Positions 26,691 through 32,000 of a DNA stretch of 32,000 nt are shown piece by piece. A model generated the notes under the pieces. It saw only the letters and a program-made list of their open reading frames with translations. It made no database searches and had not been told where the DNA came from. The stretch is from the NCBI RefSeq assembly GCF_001457595.1, contig NZ_LN831039.1, forward strand, positions 4,620,001-4,652,000, read 5' to 3'. This stretch comes from Mycolicibacterium smegmatis (GTDB lineage: Bacteria > Actinomycetota > Actinomycetes > Mycobacteriales > Mycobacteriaceae). The translations under genes were made by a program, and so were the position numbers. Within the stretch, counting starts at the first letter, position 1. Every line of letters starts with the position of its first letter.

Positions 26691-26762
26691 CACTGCCGCC
26701 GGCAGGCCCCCCGGGTTTCCGCCACGGCGCTTCAAATTCGTGGGACCGGGAACTCCAGGAAG

Positions 26763-27011
26763 ATGACTGCTGTACCTCCCGACCCCAATCCGGCCGATAC
26801 GCCCGATCTGGAACCTGGAGGTGGCGTCGCTCCCTGTGCGACGCCACCGGATTCCGCGCAGACCTCAGGCCTCGGCGAACCCGCGCCCCGCCCGAAGCAC
26901 AAGATCACCCCGACCGCCGCGGTGAGCGGGATCGGTCTGGTGTTGTTCCTCGCGTTGTTCATCGCGGCCGGCGTGTTGCTGATCCTCAACATGACCGGTG
27001 TATTCGACTGA
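26763..27011 (+). CDS. Small single-TM membrane protein (82 aa)
   Basis: C-terminal helix SGIGLVLFLALFIAAGVLLILNMTGVFD after a Pro-rich cytosolic segment. Confidence 0.6.
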   Translation: MTAVPPDPNPADTPDLEPGGGVAPCATPPDSAQTSGLGEPAPRPKHKITPTAAVSGIGLVLFLALFIAAGVLLILNMTGVFD

Positions 27012-27653
27012 CTAGCGGGGTCGGCGCCACATCAGGGTCATCACCGGCCCGTCGTCGGGCAACCGCACCTCGCCGGTTACCTCGAACCCGAAGCGGGCGT
27101 AGTACGGGATGTTGTCGGGGTTGCTGGACTCCAGATACGCCGGTGCGTGTTCGGCGTCGACCTGCTCGAGGCGTGAGCGCATCAAGGCGTGGCCGTATCC
27201 GCCGCCCCGCACGACCGGGTCACTGCCGATGACCGCGAGATACCAATGGGGTTCATCGGGATGATGCTCCTTCATCAGGTCGACGACCTGCCGTCCACGG
27301 CTGAGGTGTCGCCCGAAGGCGAGCAGCAGCATCGGCAACATCCGCAGTTCTTCGGCGGGGGTCTGCTTCCAGCGGCCGGGCCCGTCCCACAGGGCCGCTG
27401 CCCCTACTCCGGTACCACCGACCCCGGTGCCGCCCACAGCGACGTCGGCGCCCCCGCCATGCAAGTGGTGATGACGTGTGAGGGCCGCGAACATGCGCGG
27501 CAGCGCCCGGGCACGACGCGCGGCGTCGGGTATCACCCACTTCGTCACCGGGTCGTCGGCAAAGGCGCGACCCAGGACCGCGGCGAGCGGAGCGACATCG
27601 AATTTCTGTGCGGATCGGACAGCGACGGCGGACACCCGCCCACCATCGCACAT
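27012..27653 (-). CDS. GNAT family N-acetyltransferase
   Basis: HHPDEPHWYLAVIGSDPVVRGGGYGHALMRSRLEQVDAEHAPAYLESSNPDNIPYYARFGFEVTGE. Confidence 0.85.
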   Translation of the reverse strand: MCDGGRVSAVAVRSAQKFDVAPLAAVLGRAFADDPVTKWVIPDAARRARALPRMFAALTRHHHLHGGGADVAVGGTGVGGTGVGAAALWDGPGRWKQTPAEELRMLPMLLLAFGRHLSRGRQVVDLMKEHHPDEPHWYLAVIGSDPVVRGGGYGHALMRSRLEQVDAEHAPAYLESSNPDNIPYYARFGFEVTGEVRLPDDGPVMTLMWRRPR

Positions 27654-27702
27654 CAGGTCAAGAGCCGGATGCGGCCAGCCCGATACGGGAACGCACCGCG
27701 CC

Positions 27703-28134
27703 TCAACGCCCCTGCGTGATGTAGGCCTGCAGCTGTTGTTGCTCGGTCTCGAGTTCTTCCATCCGGGTCTTCACCACGTCGCCGATGCTCACGATGCCGG
27801 CCAACCGGCCGTCGTCGAGCACGGGGATGTGGCGGACCCGGTTCTGGGTCATCAGCACGTTGAGGTGGTCGACGGTGTCGCGCGGAGTGCAGGTCGCCAC
27901 GACACTGGTCATGATCGACGACACCGGCTGCGCCAGCAGGCTGCTGCCACGCTTGTGCAGCTGACGGACCACGTCGCGCTCGGAGACGATTCCCTCGAGG
28001 CCGCTCTTCCCCATCACCACCATCGCGCCGATGTTCATCTCGGCCAGCCCCGCCAGCAGTTCGGTGACGGTGGCCTGCGGCGAGATGGTCACCACTGCGG
28101 TGCCCTTGTTCTTCAGCACGTCCGCGATCCGCAT
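27703..28134 (-). CDS. CBS-domain protein (two CBS motifs)
   Basis: NIGAMVVMGKSGLEGIVSERDVVRQL and VRHIPVLDDGRLAGIVSIGDVVK. Confidence 0.9.
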   Translation of the reverse strand: MRIADVLKNKGTAVVTISPQATVTELLAGLAEMNIGAMVVMGKSGLEGIVSERDVVRQLHKRGSSLLAQPVSSIMTSVVATCTPRDTVDHLNVLMTQNRVRHIPVLDDGRLAGIVSIGDVVKTRMEELETEQQQLQAYITQGR

Positions 28135-28276
28135 ACCGGCCTCCGATCGTGATCTGCCTCACACTAGGCTAATGGGAGCCGGGTGACACGGAAGCCGATT
28201 CGACCGTTTGGTGCTCATTTGAGCATCCTCCGGCACCGGGTATCCAGGTGACCACTCCGAACGAAGGACCGCGGGC

Positions 28277-29299
28277 ATGACCACCGGAAATTCTGTCCCC
28301 ACCACCACGCTGGGTGACGATCTGTCAGTCAGCGCAATTGGTTTCGGAGCCATGGCGCTCACACCGGTGTACGGCGAGGTCGATGACGACGAGTCGCTGG
28401 CGACGCTGCACCGGTGCCTGGACCTTGGTGTGACTTTCATCGACACAGCGAACGTCTACGGCAGTGGCAACAACGAGAGGCTGATCGCCAAGCTCCTGGC
28501 AGACCGTCGCGACGAGGTCACCTTGGCGACGAAGTTCGGCATCGAGGGCAATCCGGCCGAACGTGCGTCCGGGAGTCCGAAGGTGCGTGGCGACGCCGAG
28601 TACGTACGCACCTGCATCGACGCGAGCCTGCAGCGCCTACAGACCGATGTCGTCGATCTCTACTACATGCATCGCCGAGACATGTCGGTCCCGATACAGG
28701 AGACCGTTGGCGCCATGGCGGAACTGGTCGCCGCTGGAAAGGTCCGCCACCTCGGGTTGTCCGAGGTCACTGCACAGGAGCTTCGGGCTGCGGTACGGAT
28801 ACATCCGATCGCGGCGGTGCAGAGCGAGTGGTCGATCTGGAGCCGCGATGTCGAGCGCAACGTCGTGCCGGCCGCCGCCGAACTCGGGGTGGGTTTCGTC
28901 CCCTACTCGCCGTTGGGCCGTGGATTTCTGACCGGCACTGTGCGCTCAGCTGCCGACTTGGAGTCGCCGAACGATTTCCGCAAGACGATGCCGCGCTTCG
29001 GAGCAGACTCCCTCGAGGCGAATCTGGCGGTGGTGGAGACGATCCGGTCGATCGCCGAGGCCGTCGAAGCCACCCCGGCGCAGGTGGCGCTGGCTTGGCT
29101 GCGATACCGCGCCGATGCATTCGGCGTCGCATCCGTGCCGATCCCTGGCACCCGTCGCGCTTCCCGGGTGCAGGAGAACGTCGAGTCCCTCGACGTGACG
29201 CTCACCCCTGAACAACTCGAATCGCTGGATGCGGCCGGCGCGACGGTTTCCGGTGACCGCTATAGCGATACGTCCTGGTTGTCAGTGGGTCGCGAGTGA
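28277..29299 (+). CDS. Aldo/keto reductase
   Basis: LGVTFIDTANVYGSGNNERLIAKLLADRRDEVTLATKFG...VDLYYMHRRD...PIPGTRR. Confidence 0.92.
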   Translation: MTTGNSVPTTTLGDDLSVSAIGFGAMALTPVYGEVDDDESLATLHRCLDLGVTFIDTANVYGSGNNERLIAKLLADRRDEVTLATKFGIEGNPAERASGSPKVRGDAEYVRTCIDASLQRLQTDVVDLYYMHRRDMSVPIQETVGAMAELVAAGKVRHLGLSEVTAQELRAAVRIHPIAAVQSEWSIWSRDVERNVVPAAAELGVGFVPYSPLGRGFLTGTVRSAADLESPNDFRKTMPRFGADSLEANLAVVETIRSIAEAVEATPAQVALAWLRYRADAFGVASVPIPGTRRASRVQENVESLDVTLTPEQLESLDAAGATVSGDRYSDTSWLSVGRE

Positions 29300-29336
29300 G
29301 TCCACGGTCCAGTCGTTTCGCCCTGGCACAGGCAGG

Positions 29337-30881
29337 TCATGATGGGGGCGGCTTGTTCCGTTCGGAAAGGTAGGCCTGGTTGCGGGCGCGCTCGTTGTTG
29401 ATCTGGCGGGCCCGCTGCGCTGCGCGGGTGAGCCGGCGCCGCGGCATCATCACGCCCCGCTGCCCTGAATCCGAACGTGGTGGGGGCGGTGGCAGCGCCG
29501 AGGTGGTGGTGTCCCACTGCGGAAACACCCACCGGCTGCCCGGCACGGTGATATGGGTGCGTCCGCTGGGCATCGTCCACACCACCCGGCCATCGGGCAA
29601 CTGCCGATCGACAAAGCCCGCCCAGAAAGTCTTGACCAAATGGTGAATCCGACACAGACACTTGGTGTTCGACGCGTGCGTGGCCCCACCCGGGAACGGT
29701 TCCGTATGGTCGATATCGCAGAACTCCGCCGGGCGGTCACATCCCGGGAAGCGACACGTCAGATCCCGCATCCGCACAAACGCCGCCAGGCCCGCCGACG
29801 GCCGGTAACCAATCTCGGCGGCCACCGAAGGCTCGCGCAGCTCCTTGACCTTCGCCCCCGAGGCGATCAACTGGGCGACCCACGGTGCCGGCACGATCCC
29901 ACCCCCGACGATCACCGCGGTGGCACGCTGCGGTGAGAATGCCGGCGCGCGTGCGGGCCCACCACCGGGCTCCGGCTCCGGCTCGGAAGTGGAGGCGGCC
30001 TCGGACTCGGCGTCGATGATGGGAATCGGGTTGCCCGCATCATCGCCGTTGACATAGGATCCGGCTTCGCATCGAGCACCGGCCGCTCGGCGAACACGTA
30101 CACCATGGTGTTGGCCGCTCGCGGATCCGTCCCGGCGGCCGGGCAGTCGGGACTGGCGCACAGGCACGCCAGCCGATCCCCACCGACGGCAATCACGCCC
30201 ATCGCATCCGAACGTCGCTGCCCCGCTGTCCGCGGATCATCGACGCAGACCCCGGCCACCAATTGCGCGATCCTCTTCAGGTACGCCTCTCTGTCGGTGA
30301 CGAGCACTCGCCCGTATATCGATGCCGTCCCCGTCTCGTCATCCGGCTTACCGAACCGGACGTCACGATCCCGCGCCGCCTGCCTGGTGCGCCGCACCGC
30401 GGCCGGATCGTACTTCTCCAACAGGCTGTCGACACTGCGCTCCAACGCGACCACCGACATCGGCCCGAACTCATGAACGCGCGACGCCAGCTCTGCATCC
30501 ACGACCGCCCACACCCGCGCATCGGTCACCAGCTGCGTCCGCCACGTCAACGTCTCCACCACCCGCGTACTCACCGCGCCCCGGGCGAACAACGCCGCCA
30601 CCCGCGGCAATCGCTCACGCAACGCCTCGGCGATCCGCATCTCCTTGGACGCCGCCCGGTGCCCGATGTTCATCGCTGCGCCCACCTCAGCAGCCGTAGC
30701 GTCCCAGTCATCACAGGCCCACGACACCACCGCGTCCTCCGAGGGCGCCGCTCGACGCGATGCCAGTTCAGCGATGAACGCCAACCGCCGCGCCGCAGCC
30801 GCCGACTCCGCGCGCGACTCAACCTCGATACCGGCAACCAGTGCCTGATCGTCGAGGTCTTCGAACATACGTTCGATCATG
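29337..30881 (-). pseudogene. DUF222/HNH endonuclease domain protein split by a frameshift near 30055-30065
   Basis: N-terminal DUF222 part [17 protein letters not shown]...[13 protein letters not shown] in one frame, C-terminal [14 protein letters not shown]...[43 protein letters not shown] in another. Confidence 0.8.
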
Positions 30882-30977
30882 CCAGAGGCCACCGACAAGC
30901 AGCGTGCCCGCCAAAGAGCCTGCCCGACTCGTCGGTTTCCGGCGTGTCCGATGGCCCGAATTGGTACCAAGGACAGC

Positions 30978-31838
30978 ATGATCGAGGTCACCCTGCTGGG
31001 AACCGGAAGTCCCATCCCCGATCCCGACCGGGCCGGACCGTCGACGATGGTCCGCGCAGGCGGGCAGACGTTCCTCGTCGACTGCGGCCGTGGTGTACTG
31101 CAGCGACTGGCGGCCGCCGGGTCGTCAGCCTCGCAGCTCAGCGCGCTGCTCCTGACACACCTACACAGCGACCACATCGCCGATCTGGGCGACGTGATCA
31201 TCACGCGCTGGGTGAGCACGTTCACCCCCGACGCCCCACCATTGCCGATCATCGGCCCGCCGGGAACCGCGGAGGTCGTCGAAGCCACGCTCAAGGCATT
31301 CGGACACGACATCGGCTACCGCATCGCCCACCACGACGACCTCACCGCGCCCCCACCGGTGGAGGTCCACGAACACACCGAGGGCGTGGTGTGGGATCGC
31401 GACGGTGTGGTGATCCGCGTGGGCCCCACCGACCACCGGCCCGTGACGCCGACGATCGCCTTCCGTGTCGAGCACGCGGACGCATCGGTGGTGGCGGCCG
31501 GTGACAGCGTGCCGTGCGCGACACTCGACGCCCTGGCCACCGGAGCGGGGGCCCTCATCCACACCGTGATTCGCAAAGACATCATCGAAACGCTTCCGCA
31601 GCAACGCATCCGCGACATCTGCGACTACCACTCGTCGGTGCAGGAGGCCGCGGCCACCGCGGCGCGGGCCGGGGTCGGCATCCTGATCCTCACCCACTAC
31701 GTCCCGGCCATCGCCCCAGGCACCGAGGACCAGTGGCGAGAACTGGCGGCCACCGAGTTCGACCGGCAGATCGAGGTCGGCGCGGATCTGCACCGCGTGG
31801 AAGTGCACCCGGGCGTGTGCGTCAAGCCGGTCGGGTGA
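30978..31838 (+). CDS. rnz: MBL-fold metallohydrolase, RNase Z-like
   Basis: [46 protein letters not shown]; 286 aa. Confidence 0.85.
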   Translation: MIEVTLLGTGSPIPDPDRAGPSTMVRAGGQTFLVDCGRGVLQRLAAAGSSASQLSALLLTHLHSDHIADLGDVIITRWVSTFTPDAPPLPIIGPPGTAEVVEATLKAFGHDIGYRIAHHDDLTAPPPVEVHEHTEGVVWDRDGVVIRVGPTDHRPVTPTIAFRVEHADASVVAAGDSVPCATLDALATGAGALIHTVIRKDIIETLPQQRIRDICDYHSSVQEAAATAARAGVGILILTHYVPAIAPGTEDQWRELAATEFDRQIEVGADLHRVEVHPGVCVKPVG

Positions 31839-32000
31839 TCAGGCCGGAGAGAGCATCTTGTGCACCGTGAGCGCAACGGTGATCGGCAGCAGGTGTTGCG
31901 GATCCCCGAGGTCCGCGCCGGTAAGGCGCTCGATCCGCTCAAGGCGGTAGTACAGCGACTGCCGTCGCAGGTGGAGCCGTTTGGCGGCCTCCGCCTTGCT
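31839..32000 (-). CDS. PucR-family transcriptional regulator, C-terminal HTH (5' part outside window)
   Basis: Minus reading KAEAAKRLHLRRQSLYYRLERIERLTGADLGDPQHLLPITVALTVHKMLSPA. Confidence 0.85.
   Translation of the reverse strand, partial: SKAEAAKRLHLRRQSLYYRLERIERLTGADLGDPQHLLPITVALTVHKMLSPA

Noticed and set aside
29337-30881. Programmed ribosomal frameshift in the DUF222/HNH gene
   Set aside because: No slippery heptamer seen at the junction; a simple indel is more parsimonious.
30263-31504. 413-aa plus ORF across the HNH gene and RNase Z start
   Set aside because: Overlaps two supported genes; arginine/histidine-rich shadow translation.
1-32000. CRISPR array, tRNA or rRNA genes, prophage
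   Set aside because: No regularly spaced repeats, cloverleaf-like sequences with T-arm consensus, rRNA-like stretches or phage structural genes noticed by eye.

Overview
High-GC actinobacterial window, almost certainly a Mycolicibacterium close to M. smegmatis. The Mtb-like backbone is cysT-subI, small membrane ORFs, GH15 trehalase, two PknH-like lipoproteins, lepA, a PemK-like protein, a CBS protein and an RNase Z-like protein. Between trehalase and lepA lies an accessory block of about 14 kb with a strong sulfur theme. It holds (i) a family 2A encapsulin overlapping a SufS-like cysteine desulfurase whose only Cys is catalytic, (ii) a Cys-free TQXA/thioester-fold protein preceded by a leaderless-looking 21-aa ORF ending in CCC, and (iii) a Met/Cys-depleted gene set (two FMN luciferase-like monooxygenases, APC permease, GNAT, acyl-CoA-dehydrogenase/SfnB-like enzyme) that looks like an organosulfur salvage cluster. 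A second Cys-containing leader ORF precedes subI. The salvage cluster is split by an IS110-family element. Its ends and pre-insertion target can be reconstructed, and its 5' non-coding region contains guide-like segments matching both target and donor, i.e. a candidate bridge RNA. Downstream are a cobalamin riboswitch with a BtuFCD-like transporter carrying two tandem binding proteins, and a frameshifted DUF222/HNH gene. All calls come from reading sequence and the supplied ORF translations; no database searches or folding programs were run.
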